Assembly: GCA_030390025.1 (NCBI GenBank)
Contig: CM059438.1
Span: 66,156,001 to 66,220,000 of the forward strand
DNA: 64,000 nt
DNA from: Squalus acanthias
Taxonomy: Eukaryota
Direction of reading: 5' to 3'
The position numbers and the translations under genes were made by a program. Positions 1 to 14,194 of this stretch are shown one piece after another (the stretch's first letter is position 1; each line of letters starts with the position of its first letter). The notes under the pieces are model-generated. The model saw only the letters and a list, made by a program, of their open reading frames with translations, did no database searches and was not told the DNA's origin.

Positions 1-193
1 CTTGGTATCCATCATGCTGTCTATAGTTGTCAAATTGTTGGTGCAGTATCACATCCCGGATTCCTCCACCAGTACTGGCAATTAAAGGGGCAACATTCTC
101 CTAGTAATGTTGCAGAAGCTACTTGGAAACTTACTTTCTCTTTGTTTAATAAATCGAGAATATTGTGGCATCATTGACGTGGCAAAAACAATT

Positions 194-957
194 GGCCGGA
201 TTTTGCCTTCAGTGGCGAACTGTTACACTTGTACTTGCCCATAGACTTTTTGTGGGCTTTTGCACCGGAAGTTCCAATCAGCCAACTATCAAAAAAGTGT
301 AGCACCCTCTACAAGGGATCTCTGACCTGTGTGAACAGGATAAGCAATGGTGTATCTCCTTAACCAATCAGATTGAGGAGTTGTTACTGAGCAGCGCAGA
401 GTCTGAACCAGGAAGTGTCAGTTAGAATATTTAATTCAATGTCAAATCAAGTGAAATAAAGAGGGGAAAAGAAGATTGGATTAAGAGAGAGAGATAAAAG
501 AGACAAAGAAAAAGTTTTTAAAAAAGTATTTAAACTTTTTTTATTTTTTTAAATTCTCCAGCGATAATTAAAATCTGAAAGAATGAGATTCCACACTTGT
601 TAAAGTTGCTTTTCCGTGCCAGAGAGGTTGATTGGCAGTAATTAAGACATAGCACACTGTTACAAATTTACTTACACTGGAATGGACAAGTTCTAATTTT
701 TTCTGGCGAGTTTAGTGCATATCTTATGAGGCAAGTACAGCAACTTCACGCCGTTCCATGTATTTCAATGGCGAGTCTCTCGGCAAGATACCATTCTCGC
801 ACAGCCTTTAGAGGAGCCGGGCATCTCGGACAGCAACTTTCTGATTTTCACGCTTAACTGTGCATGCACGGTCGCTGGAGGTGACTGTCTGATTTACACG
901 TTAATAACGGTGAGCACTGTTAGCCACACCGTTATTTCTGCCGCAAAAATCCAGCCC
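194..957. mobile_element. Non-autonomous TIR element (MITE-like, probably PIF/Harbinger-type)
   Basis: Imperfect TIRs GGCCGGATTTTGC (194) and GCAAAAATCCAGCCC (ending 957), with ATT on both flanks; no coding capacity. Confidence 0.55.
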
Positions 958-1569
958 ATTATCTTAATTCACCAGCAGTGAAAGGGTCTCCTGCTCAGAT
1001 AAATGCTTTCTATCCCGAGATGGAGATGATTTCCCTTTAAGGAAAAGGTGCAAGAATAATTCAGTGAAAAGACATGCGGTGTTTATAGACCAGTTGTAAA
1101 TAGCTTGTTTTCAAAGCAGTGCCTCAGTGCTGCTGCCAATAATTGTTTTGAAAACAGACTGCACACATCAGCATTGGAGTAAATATAGTTAACAGCTACA
1201 TCTGATAAATAAGTACATTTGCCACAGGGAAAATGCTTTGAAAATCAGACTGTAATTGTCTTGCAGTTAGTGGTTTCTTCTCAGAACGATTTAATATAAG
1301 TTTTGGCACCCTATTTGTTTGATAAGTAACTTTGGCCCGTATTACCTGTCTCCTCCCTTTTGAAATAATTTGTTTCTTGTCTTCTTGATTCATCACCCCT
1401 TCCCCTTGCCACAAAAACAACATTCATTAACCAAGAGGCAGGTGGGTAATCTGGTCACATGCCTTTGCCAAGGCCCGACCTCTCCAGAAAATGTTGAATC
1501 CTTGTTTGGATATGATTCTGCTGGGCATCCTCAGTATCTTAGGCCATTATTCAGCTGTGAGCTTTGGCA

Positions 1570-1890
1570 GTGAGAACAACCCTCGGAGAACTCTGCCTTC
1601 CTCCAACTCTGGCCTCTTGTCCATCATCCCCACTTCCTTCACACCAACATTGGCGGCCATGCATTCAGCTGTCTAGGCCCTAAGCTCTGGAATTCTATCC
1701 CTAAACCTCTCCGCCTCTCTCTCTCTGCTCCTTTAAGACCCTCCTTTTAAAACCTAACTCTTTGACCAAGCTTTTGGTCACCTGTCCTAACATTGGCTTG
1801 GTGTCAATCTTTGTCTGATTACGCTCCAGTGAAACGCCTTAGGACCTTTTGCTACATTAAAGGCGCTATATAAATGCAAGTTGTTGTTGC
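1570..1890 (+). mobile_element. L2-type LINE 3' end fragment
   Basis: Ends in AAAGGCGCTATATAAATGCAAGTTGTTGTTG. Related copies lie at 17360-17750 (+), 40005-40415 (+), 22590-23090 (-) and 12635-12880 (-). Confidence 0.7.
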
Positions 1891-2329
1891 TGTTGAGTAT
1901 CAGTGGGCTATGCAGCTACTGAGACATGGCAGTCAAGCCTAATCCTGCCCCCACACAACAACCAATCATGTGCTTCCAGCAAGTATTATTGGACAATGAT
2001 CATGAACAGCAAATAGTCCCCTTCCCTGACCCAGGCCTCCAAATGCCAATTGTTGCATTCTCTACGAACAGGCTGGGCAAGATCAACTACCTCAGCACAG
2101 AAGAAGGATCAAACTTGCTCCTCTGTATGGTTCAGCTACTCACTGGCTAAACATGCTGAGCCATCGGCAAGCTGACCTTTTTGCCAGTGTCAGGTGATCC
2201 TCACTGACCTTCTCCCCAATTTTTCTCTCTCTTCCCCCCCATGTGGATGTGTCTTCCTTTTCCTAACTAGCTCCTCCCGCTAGGTATTGTGCATTATGAA
2301 CAGGCTTCAGATAAAAGACTTCTCAAGTG

Positions 2330-2860
2330 CCCAATTCTAGGCACCACACTTTAGGAAGGATGTCAAGGCCTTGCAGAGTGTGCAGAGGAACTTTACTAGA
2401 ATGGTACCAGGGATGAGGGACTTCAGTTATGTGGAAAGTCTAGAGAAGCTGCAATTGTTCTCCTTAGAGCAGAAAAGGTAAAGGGGAGATTTAATAGAGG
2501 CGTTCAAAATGATGAAGGGTTTTGATAGAGTAAATAAGAAGAAACTGTTTCCACTGGCAGGAGGGGAGTAACCAGAGGACACAGATTTCAGGGAATTGGC
2601 AAAAGAACCAGAGGGGAACTGAGGAGAAATATTTTACACAGCGAGTTGTTATGATGTGGAATGCACTGCATGAAAGTGTGGTGGAAGCAGATTCAATAGT
2701 AACTTTCCAAAAGGAATTGGATATATACTTGAAAAGGAAATATTTACAGGGCTATGGGGAAAGAGCAGGGGAGTTGGATTAATTGGATAGCTCTTTAAAA
2801 GAGCCAGCACAGGCACGATGGGCCATACGGCCTTCCTCTGTACTGTACAATTCTATGTAT
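2330..2860 (+). mobile_element. CR1 LINE 3' fragment
   Basis: Degenerate ORF2 C-terminus (..PGMRDFSY..LFSLEQ..RGDLIE..) followed by the CR1 3' UTR and tail. Confidence 0.8.
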
Positions 2861-5180
2861 TGAGTTCTATCTGGACAGTGCTGTACTTCACAGTTGAAAA
2901 ATACTCAACAGGGCAGTATTTGCATGGTGAACAAGGAACTACACAAACACAAAAGCGTCAAAAGTAAGAGGAATATCCTTTAAGATCAAGTCAGATTTGA
3001 TTTCTTTCCCTTGACAGTTAATATGCTGAGAGCTCTGCCTCCCTCCAGTGTGAAAACCCACAGTAACAGCAGCATTCGTATTCAATTATAGATGGAGAGC
3101 CTCTCTCATTGGGCTATGTAGGCTGAGTCTGTGGAAATCGGACCTGCACACATCAGTCCCTTCTGTGTTTCCTCAGCGTTTTCGTAAGACCCGAACTATT
3201 TTAAGACCATTTGGTCACCAGAGAGCAGAGCAATTCTGCAGAAATTGGCGTAACTATTGATGATGTGGTTTGAAACAAAAATACTTTGCAGCATTTTGAA
3301 CTGTTTAATGGGTATTCTGTTTCAGGCAACCAAATCAGTTCTAACAAGGTATGCCGGGGGTAAAATTAAGTTGCAGCACTTTTTGCAACCTAGCCGAAGG
3401 TGGCATGGAAAGAAAATGGCTTTTTTCCTTTCTAATATTAGGTGGAGAAATTGTTTACACAGTTAATAATCAGCAGTTTGTTCAACTGATAGCTTGTCGG
3501 GCTACTTTATTGGAACTGCACCTAGCTTTGGTCTCTGAGATTAATCAGCTCGTTATTTCTTTGGGAAGCTTATTATTTAGCTGCAGTTTATTTGTGGGAG
3601 CCGGCTATTGACGTTAGGCAGAATTTAATTTCCTGGTGCATAATATCAAACTCATTGTTGGAAAAACCCCGGGAGCAAGCAGTGAAAATCAAGGTCAAGG
3701 CGGCACATTGGCTATATGATCAATGCCCTTAAGCTCTGGCAGCTCAGCTTTCAGTGCAACCCAAAGGGAAGGATCATTCCAGCTCTGCGTGTGTAAGGCT
3801 TCCTGAGCCAGAAAGCACGCAAGCTTTGTTACAGCAGCACATTGTATTCCGTGCTCCAAATAGCCCAATGCGAGAACATGAATGAAAGTTCAATAGGAGT
3901 TCAAAAGCAACGGCAAGGCTACCTTGCTGAGGCCAACGTTGTGGTGTCTCTGAGTAATGTGATGGGTCCATTAACCCACACCTTGTAGCGAACAATAATT
4001 TCAACTGCTGTGGTCAAACCCCATTATTGAGTTACTCCTGTTTGGTGTGACCACATATCTTCGGTGGTGGCCAGAACCCAATGTGACTGAATGGGTTTCA
4101 AGTCCTTTCTGTTGTTCTACATCCTGTCAGTATAGGGTGCAGTGTGCAACTTTTTCCTGCTCTTCATCAGGCTTGATTCAACTTGTTGAGAGTTGCCATT
4201 ATTGAGATTGGCCAATATGGTTTGCTTCATCTTCATTGAAGATTTGAGATGACAAGAGTTGAGGAGGCCAAGATTAGGTGAACCCAGCTGCTATTCCAAA
4301 CCTGACAAACTTTCGTGCAGTGGTTGACCATTTTCTTTCAAAATTTGTACTTAGGAGCAATTCATTTGTGTGCTGATCGTGCTGCAATGCAATTATTTAC
4401 TTTGGTCCCAGTGTCAGCTTTGAGCATTCCCCCATCAGGGACAAAGAGTCAAACATTTTTTCCCTGACTCGACAATATACCTTAGCAGCAATCCGTCATC
4501 TTTGTGCCTCTCGGAGCAAGAATGCCATTTTTGAGACAATTTGCATCAAATCACAGGCTTCTGTGCTGCAGACTGACAACTACCAGGATCTGCCAAAGCT
4601 AATTTTACATTTTACTCTTCAAGCGATCCAACAATATTCAAACTACAGTTATAGAGGCGAATAAATTCACTGCATCTCCCAGTTCCCATTATTACCTCAT
4701 TTTTTAAATAAAAATTAAATAGCTGCAGTCTGAACAAATTATCTTGGAGAAAGTACCATAGTACAAGGCTTGTGTAGTCTTGGTAAAAGATTTCTATTTT
4801 ATTCGGTGTCAGTTCATTTTCATTCAATGTGACAACCCCCAGAAAAGAACGTGATAGGGAATCGATGTACTGTTGCAGTATTGATGAGTGAATGGAACAA
4901 GTGAACTATTAAACGGTTATCCTCTAACCAGCAGCCCACCGCCCCCGCCCCCCCCCCCCCGACCAAACCCACTCCTTGTCGCACAGTAAGTGCAATTATA
5001 ATAAATGTAGATATACACTGAATGATTTATAGTGCAAATGCATCACCCGCTCTTTAAAAATGTCTATGTATTATTAAACAATCTTTTGTAGGGCATACAC
5101 TTTCTGTCCAAAACCATTACTTTCTGTTGTCATGATTTCTGGTCCTGCTTTTGTGTCAACGCTTAACATTGCAAATTGTT

Positions 5181-8100
5181 ATAGATAGTCATAGAGTCAT
5201 AGAGTTATACAGCACAGAAAGAGGCCCTTCGGCCCATCGTGTCCACGCCGGCCATCAAGCCCTGTCTATTCTAATCCCATTTTCCAGCACTTAGTTCCGT
5301 AGCCTTGTATGCTATGGCGTTTCAAGTGCTCATCTAAATGCTTCTTGAATGTTGTGAGGGTTCCTGCCTCTACCACCCTTTCAGGCAGTGAGTTCCAGAT
5401 TCCAACCACCCTCTCGGTGAAAAGGTTTTTCCTCAAATCCCCTCTAAACCTCCTGCCCCTTACCTTGAAACTATGCCCCCTGGTTATTGACCCCTCTACT
5501 AAGGGGAAAAGTTCCTTTCTATCTACCCTATCTATGCCCCTTATAATTTTGTACACCTCAATCAGGTCCCCCCTCAGCCTTCTCTGCTCTAAGGAAAACA
5601 ACCCCAGCCTGTCCAGTCTCTCTTCATAGCTGAAGCGCTCCAGCCCAGGTAACATCCTGGTGAATCTCCTCTGCACCCTCTCCAATGCAATCACATCCTT
5701 CCTACAGTGTGGCGACCAGAACTGCACACAGTATTCCAGCTGTGGCCTAACTAGCATTTTGTACAGCTCCATCATTCATAACCTCCCTGCTCTTATATTC
5801 TATGCCTCAGCTAATGAAGGCAAGTATCCCATATGCCTTTTTAACCACCTTATCTACCTGTCCTGCTGCCTTCAGGGATCTATGTACATGCACACCAAGG
5901 TCACTCTGATCCTCTGTCCTTCCTAGGGTCCTACCGATCATTGTGTATTCCCTTGCCTTGTTTGTCCTCCCAAAATGCATCACCTCACACTTTTCAGGGT
6001 TAAATTCAATTTGCCACTGTTCTGCCCATCTAACCATCCCGTCTATATCATCCTGTAGCCTGAGGCTTCCCTCCTCGCTATTTACCACTCCACCAATTTT
6101 CGTTTCATCTGCGAACTTTCTGATCATACCTCCTACATTCATATCTAAATCATTAATGTACACTAGAAACAGCAAAGGACCCAGCACTGATCACTGCGGT
6201 ACACCACTGGACACAGGCTTCCAGTCACAAAAACAACCTTCGACCATCACCCTCTGCCTCTGCCACTAAGCCAATTTTGGAACCAATGTACCAAATTGCC
6301 CTGGATCCCATGGGCTCTTACCTTCTTGACCAGTCTCCCATGTGGGACTTTGTCAAAAGCCTTACTGAAGTCCATGTAGACTACATCAACTGCACTACCC
6401 TCATCCACACACCTAGTCACCCCCTCGAAAAATTCAATCAAATTGGTCAGACATGATCTCCCCCTGACAAAGCCATGCTGACTATCCCTGATTAATCCCT
6501 GCCTCACCAAGTGGAGATTAATTCTGTCCCTCAGAAATGTTTCCAATAATTTCCCTACCACTGATGTTAGGCTCACTGGCCTGTAATTCCCTGGTTTATC
6601 CCGACTACCCTTCTTGAACAATGGTACTACGTTAGCTGTTCTCCAGTCCTCTGGTACCTCCCCTGTGGCCAGAGAGGTTCAGAAAATTTGTGTCAGAGCC
6701 CCTGCAATCTCCTCCCTTGCCTCACACAGCAGCCTGCGATACATCCCGTCAGGGCCTGGGGATTTATCCACTTTTAAGCCCACTAAAACCGCTAGTACCT
6801 CCTTCCTCTCAATACTAATTTGTTCAAGTATATCACAGTCCCCCTGCCTGATTTCTATGCCTACATCAACCTTCTCCATAGTGAACACAGATGCAAAATA
6901 TTCATTTAAAACCTCACCTACAACTTTCGGCTCTACACAGAGATTGCCACTTTGGTCCCTAATGGGCCCTACTCTTTCCCTGGTTATCCTCTTGCCCTTA
7001 ATATACTTATAAAACACCTTGGAATTTTCCTTTATTTTGCCCGCCAATGTTTTTTCATGCCCCCTCTTCGCTCTCCTAATTTCTTTTTTAAGTACCCCCC
7101 TGCACTTTCTATACTCCTCTAGGGCTTCCACTGTTTTTAGTCCTTTGTATCTGCCAAAAGCCTCCCTTTTTTTCCTAATCCATTCTTGTATATCCTTTGA
7201 CATCCAGGGTTTCCTGGGCTTGTTGGTCCCACCCTTGACCTTTACGGGAACATGTTGATGTTTGTACTCTCTCTATTTCCTTTCTGAAAGTCTCCCACTG
7301 CTCTGATGTAGATTTTCCTACAAGTAGCTGATCCCAGTCCATTTTGGCCAGATTTTGCCTTATCATATTAAAATCGGCCATCCCCCAATTTAGAACCTTT
7401 ATTTCGGTCCATCTTTGTCCTTTTCCATGACTACCTTAAATCTCACCGAATTATGGTCACTGTCACCAAAATGCTCTCCTACTGACACATCTACCACTTG
7501 CCTGGCTACATTCCCTCGAATTAGGTCCAGTACCGCCCCCTCTCTTGTAGGACTTTCTACATGCTGGCTCAAAAAGCTCTCCTGGACGCACTTTAAGAAT
7601 TCCGCACCCTCTAAGCCTTTCACACTCTGACTATCCCAGTTAATATTGGGGAAGTTGAAATCCCCTACTATTATTACCCTATTATTTCTACACTTCTCTG
7701 AGATTTGTCTACATATCTGTTCCTCTCTCTCCCCCTGACTGTTTGGGGGCCTATAGTACACTCCCAGCAAAGTGCTTACCCCCTTTTTGTTTTTAAGTTC
7801 TACCCATATGGCCTCATTAGAGGAACCTGCTAAGATATCATCCCCCCTTACAGCAGTAATTGACTCCTTGATTAATATTGCGACACCCCCTCCTCTTTTA
7901 CACCCCCTCTGTCTCACCTGAAGATTCTATACCCCGGAATATTGAGCTGCCAGTCCTGCCCCTCCCTCAACCATGTCTCTGTGATAGCAACAATATCATA
8001 CTCCCATGTGTTCATCAACACCTTCAATTCATCTGCCTTACTCGCAAGACTCCTTGCATTAAAATAAATGCCATCCAGCCTTGCCATACTCCCTTGTGCC

Positions 8101-8968
8101 ATTACATATTTGCTCTGCCTTCCAGGCTGACTTGTTTTTTCCTCTATATTTGGCTGTGCATCACCCCCTACTATAGCTCCACTCCATATCCCATCCCCCT
8201 GCCAAGTTAGTTTAAACCCCCCCCAACAGTACTCACAAACCTCCCCGCAAGGATGTTGGTCCCGTTCCGGTTCAGGTGCAACCCGTCCGACTTGTACAGG
8301 TCCCACCTTCCCCAGAAGCAGACCCAGTGATGCAGGAAACTAAAGCCCTCCTTCCTGCACCAACTCTTTAGCCACGCATTCATCTGCTCTATCCTCCTAT
8401 TCCTATACTCACTAGCATGTGGCACCGGGAGTAATCCAGAGATTACAACCTTTGAGAGCCTGCTTTTTAATCTGCTACCTAGCTCCCTAAATTCTTGTTG
8501 CAGGACCTCATCCCTCTTTCTACCCATGTTGTTGGTACCAATGTGAACCACGACCTCTGACTGTTCGCCCTCCCCCTTCAGAATGCCCTGCAGCCGTTCA
8601 GTGGCATCCTTGACCCTGGCACCAGGGAGGCAACATACCATCCTGGAGTCACGTCTGCGGTCACAGAAACGTATATCTGTTCTCCTTACGATAGAACCCC
8701 CTATCACTATTGCTCTCCCACTCTTTTTCCTCCCCTCCTGTGCAGCTGAGCCACTCGTAGTACCACGGAACTGGCTCTTGCTGCATTCCCCTGAGAAACC
8801 ATCAGTATCCAAAACGGAAAATCGGTTGGAGTGGGAGATGGACCCAGGGGGCTCCTGCACTACCTTCCTAGTTCTTTTACTCTGTCTGGCGGTCACCCAT
8901 TCCCTGTCTGCCTGTGCACTCTTTACCTGCAGTGTGACCACCTCGTTAAACGTGCTATCCACGAAGAT
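5181..8968 (-). mobile_element. Near-full-length, inactivated CR1 LINE (ORF1 esterase part plus ORF2 APE-RT), antisense to BRINP1 and probably intronic
   Basis: Colinear minus-strand fragments: SGNH esterase (AIVIGGSIVR, VHIGTN, DGLHLN; 8207-8983), APE (YFNARSL, AITETWL, GDFN, SDH), RT (FSKAFD, LGPLLF, FADE) and the CR1 C-terminus. A 3' microrepeat tail (ATAGAGTC)n lies at about 5181-5205. There are several frameshifts and an in-frame stop. Confidence 0.92.
8207..8968 (-). pseudogene. CR1 ORF1 SGNH-esterase domain (5'-truncated; GDS motif reads GGS)
   Basis: ORF-track translation shows SGNH blocks I, III and V immediately upstream of the ORF2 endonuclease. Confidence 0.8.
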
Positions 8969-9674
8969 GTCAACATTTCCCATTCAATTTTTATATGTCA
9001 ACGGTCACAATATAGTTGCAGGCTCTGGCCACTAGGAAGGTCTGTGGAGCGAGTTTCTGAAATCTCCAACCCTCCCTCTATCACTATCAAAAAAGACCTT
9101 ATTCATCAACTCGCAGTCGGATCACCGCGAGCAATTTTCTAATATATAAAGAATTTAATTAACTTGAACATTCTTTTATTAAGTTCAATCTTTCTGATGG
9201 GTGATGATTATTGGACAGTAGTTTTATTGATGCAGGGAATTGGGCTCGGAGGACTTGCTGACTCAGAAAATTTTGAAGAAATGGAATTAGCACATGCATT
9301 TGAACTTAAAGCACCCCGAGGTCATTGACTATCTGTTGTGCTGTGCCACTCCCTCCTAATTAAGCTCAGGGACTTTGATCCCCACTCCCCCAAACACATC
9401 TTGAAGAATTGTTAATTACTCTTTGCATGAAATTAATTATTAAAAAAAACAACATAAAAAGGTGGTATTAAAATGAGTTAATAGTTCTTAATGAACTGTT
9501 GGATTTATTTTGAAGACTTATTGATGGTGGCCTCCTACTTCAACTTCTAGGACAATTATAAGGTGTGCTCTCTGCTGTAAATTTATCATCAATTTCTGTT
9601 TAATATAGTGTACAGACACACCAGCTTTCCAAGTTCACTGATAATCATATGATTTGATTGTGTCATTCCAGGTT

Positions 9675-11540
9675 AGAATCATAGAATTATAGAATCTTAC
9701 AGAGCAGAAGGAGGCCATTCATCCCATCGGGCCTGTGCCGGCTCTTTGAAAGAGCTATCCAATTAGTCCCATTCCCCTGCTCTTTTCCCACAGCCCTGCA
9801 ATTTTTCCTTTTCAAGTATTTATCCAATTCCCTTTTGAAAGTTATTATTGAATCTGTTTCCACCTTCCTTTCAGGCAGTGCATTCTAGATCATAACAACT
9901 CGCTGCGTAAAAAAAATTCTCCTCATCTCCTCTCTGGCTCTTTTGCCAATTACCTTAAATCTGTGTCCTCTGGTTACCGACCCTTCAGCCAGTGGAAACC
10001 ATTTCTCCTTATTTACTCTGTCAAAACCCTTTATTATTTTGAATGCCTCTATTAAATCTCCCCTTAACATTCTCTGCTCTAAGGAGAACAATCCCAGCTT
10101 CTCTAGCCTCTCCATATAACTGAAGTCCCTCATCCCTGGTAGCATTCTAGTAAATCACCTCTACACCCTCTCCAAGGCTTTGACATTCTTCCTAAAGTGC
10201 GGTGCCCAGAATGTAACACAATACTCCAGCTGAGGCCTAACCAGTGATTCATAAAGGTTTAGCAAAACTTCTTTGCTTTTTTACTCTATGTCCCTATTTA
10301 TAAAGCCAAGGATGTAGTATGCTCTTTTAACATCCTTATCAATTTGTCCTGCCATCTTCAAAGATTTGTGTCCATACATCCCTAGGTCTCTCTCTTCCTG
10401 CACCCCCTTTAAAATTGCAACATTTAGTTTATATTGCCTCTCCTGATTCTTCCTTCCAAAATGCTTCACTTCACACTTATCTGCGTTAAATTTTATTTGC
10501 CATGTGTCTGCCTATTTCATCTATGTCTATGTCCCTTCTGAAGTCTGTTACTATCCTCCTCACTGTTTACTACTTTTCTGAGTTCCGTGTCATCTGCAAA
10601 TTTTGAAATTGTGCCCTGTATACCCGAGTCCAGGTCATTAATATATATCAGAAAGTGCAGTGGTCCTATTACCAACCTCTGGAGAACATATCTGTACTCT
10701 TCCTTCCAGTCTAAAAAACACCAGTTCACCACTACTCGCCACTTTCTGTCCCTTAGCCAATTTCGTATCCACACTGCCACTGCCCCTTTAATCCCATGAG
10801 CTTCAATTTAGCTAAAATGTCTATTATGTGGTACTTTATCAAACACCTTTTGAATTTTCATACACACAACATCAACCATACTGAACTGAATCAAGTTAGT
10901 CAAACACAATTTGCCTTTAATAAATTTGTGCTGGCTGTCATTTCCAAGTGGCAGTTAATTTTCTCCCGGATTATAATCTCACAAAGTTTCCGCATCATTG
11001 ACGTTAGGATGACTGGCCTGTATTTGCTGGGTTAATCCCTCTCCCCTTTTTTGAACAGTGGTGTAACATTTGCAATCCTCTGACACCACTCCCATATCTA
11101 AAGATGATTGGAAGATTGTGGCCAGAGCCTCCGCTATTTCCGCCCTTACTTCCCTGAGCAACCAAGGATGCATCCCATCTGAACCATGTGACTTTTCAAC
11201 TTTGAGCACTGCCAACCTTTTAAGTAGCTCCTCTTTATTTTTATCCCATCCAATGTCTCTACTAACTTCTCCTTTACTGTGATATTGGCAGCATCCTCTT
11301 CTTTTGTGAAGATAGATGCAAAATACTCATTTAGCACCTCAGCCATGCCCTCTGCCTCACCCTAACTGGCCCCACCCTTCCTTTGCCTACCCTTTTACTA
11401 TTTATGTTTATAAAAGGCTTTAGTGCCCTTTTTATGTTACCCGCTAATCTATTCTCAGACACTCTTATTTCCTTTTGCAGTTCTCTGCACCTTCTGTATC
11501 CAGCTTAGTTCTCTATTGTGTTATTAACCTGACATTTATG
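9675..11540 (-). mobile_element. Degraded 5'-truncated CR1 LINE (RT region to 3' tail)
   Basis: Minus-strand fragments KFADDT, LPGMRDFSY..RGDLIE and EVLNEYFASIFTKE; tail TAGAATCATAGAAT. Confidence 0.85.
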
Positions 11541-12950
11541 GACTGGGGGTTGGAACCCACCATCTTCTGAATTGAAAGTGAGATCTTACCAACTGAGCCA
11601 TCTGACACTAGAGAAAGAGGGTCCATTAACTTCTGCTATTAGGTAAAACAATATTTTTTTTGGGGGGCGGCATTCTTGGGTGTAATTTTTTATTTGTTTG
11701 TTAATGCTAACAAAGCTGACAACAACCCATGCAGACTATCCTACCTCCTCCATTCTGGGAGGAACTGAGGTATTGAAGGCAACACAGGGGAGCCTTGAGG
11801 AGGACAAATGACACTATTATATAAATTAGAAAAAAAAAATTGGCGTTTTATTAGTTTGGATTGCTCTGGAAAATGGGGGCTAGCAGGCTTCCATCCAAAA
11901 TTACCAAGTTATAACAAAAGAATCTCTGAAGGCTTGCAGCACAGGAAGGTCTCAGTTTTGGTCCCTGGTCTTTAGGTATTGAATTGTTACTTTAGAGTTC
12001 ATCTACTGGTGTTTGAGTAGCTTTATTACTATGATATTCATGCTCCTGTCGCCATCGCAGTCCATTTGCTGAAAGCAAGGCACGAGTTTGCCTGAACCTG
12101 TCAGCAGGGTAAGAGTTAAAAATGGAGGGAAAACATATTGTCATTCGAGACATGCTCCTTTTGAAGCAATCTCTTATTTCTTTTCTGACCTGACTGTTCA
12201 CTGTGAACCTGAAGAATGAAGGCACTCCACTGCTACGCTTCTGGCTAATCAAAATAATTATATTTTTCCCACAAGCTCCCAGCTACACTATTTCTTTGAT
12301 AGGAAGATTTACAATTTCTATTGCATACAGAGAGTGGGAAAGTAGCCTGCAAAAAAATACATACAGCAGTGCCTGCCCCAGAGCAATTACACGGCTGTGA
12401 TCTCACCCGTGGGTTCCGCTGACGTTATAACCCACAAGGGAAAAGTTGCAGCGGTCTGTAACTATTCTCCCCTGGCCCCTGCACATGCGCACTTTCCAGG
12501 GTGGATCATTGCATGGTGATCTGCAGCAGGAATCTAGTCTGTGTTTTCCCTACCCCCTCCCGAATCCAGGACAGCTGAGGCTAAATGTAGCAGCCCGATT
12601 GTCATCCCTTCTGAGGTGAGCGAGCTAGCACTAACTACAACAACAACAACTTGCATTTATATGGCTTCTTTAACATAGTAGAACAGACCAAGGTGCTTCG
12701 ACGGAACGCTATCAGGACAAAATGTTGTCACCAAGCCACATGAGATATCAGGACAGGTGACCAAAAACTTGGCCAAAGAGGTAGGTTTTAACAACAACAA
12801 CTTGCATTTAAAAAAGCACCTTTAACATAGTAAAAGGTCCCAAGGCACTTCACATGACCAGAATCGGACAAAGTTTGACTAAAACCAGCGGCCAAACCAA
12901 GTACATTCCTAATCTGGGCGGCTCACTCACATACTAGATGGCATTATTAC

Positions 12951-13418
12951 CTGGAATGGCAGGAATGACATATGAGGAGAGATTGGGTCGATTGGGCTTA
13001 TACTCGCTGGAGTATAGAAGAATGAGAGGGGATCTCATCGAAACATATAAAATTCTGACAGGTCTGGACAAACTAGATGCAGGAAGAATGTTCCCGATGG
13101 TCGGAGAGTCCAGAACCAGGGGTCATAATCTAAGGATAAGGGGTAAGCCATTTAGGATAGAAATGAGGAAGAATTTCTTCACCCAGAGAGTGGTGAACCT
13201 GTGGAATTCTCTACCACAGAAGGTAGTTGAGGCCAAGTCATTAAATATATTCAAGAATGAGTTAGATATATTTCTTTAAGCTAAAGGTATCAAGGGATAT
13301 GGGGAGAAGGCAGGTACAGGGTACTGAGTTTGGATGATCAGCCATGATCTCATCGAATGGCGGAGGAGGCACGAGGGGCCAAATGGCCTACTCCTGCTCC
13401 TATCTTCTATGTTTCTAG
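12951..13418 (+). mobile_element. CR1 LINE 3' fragment (young subfamily)
   Basis: ORF 12938-13279 is a CR1 ORF2 C-terminus; ends CTATGTTTCTA; highly similar to 15190-15674. Confidence 0.88.
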
Positions 13419-14194
13419 TACCAGCAAGCTGTCAGGCAAGCTGTTGTCCCTAAGCTTATTTGATGAGACGTCAGGCCCCAAGTCTCAGTCATTTTTCTCT
13501 GATAGCATCTGAAAACGTTTTTGGTAGAGCCCCTTTTTCAGAACTGTTAAATCAATGCAGTTCTGGCAAAGGGTCTCAACTCAAAAGATGATCCTGTCTT
13601 TCCTCTTCTCAGAATGCGGTGGAGTTGCCACTCATTTGGAGCAGTTTCTGGTTTTTTTTTATATCAGGAGATATATTTGGACAAAGAAAGCCCTTCAACC
13701 CATTGATTCTCATCCTTCCAAAGTACCATCCTACCATTTTGCCACTGCAGTGTCTAGCTTGTTCCGTAACTGAAGTCCAGTAGTCCTGGCTTCAGCTTCA
13801 ACCAACCCATTCCAGTTGTCCGTCCATCCTCGGTGCACCTGCCAGAAACTTGATCTTCCTTACCCTGAAGCTAGTTTATCTAATGGGTGGAACAATTGCA
13901 TGAAGATCTCATCAAGGTGATAAAATGATGAAGTGCGACCTATTTGTTGCTGTTGGGAAGAGTTTTTTCTATCATTTTTCATAACTTACAACGAGAGTGT
14001 ACAATAATTTGACGTGTGATGCTGCCTTCGCTGATTAAACTTGTGATCTAAATACCGAACGATAATTGGGATTTAATCTGCACTTAAACAAAAGCAAAAT
14101 CCTGCAGATGCTGGAAATCTGAAATGAAAGCAGAAAATGCTGGCCAACACTCAGCAGGTCAGGCAGCATCTGTGGAGAGAGAAACCGAGTTAAT

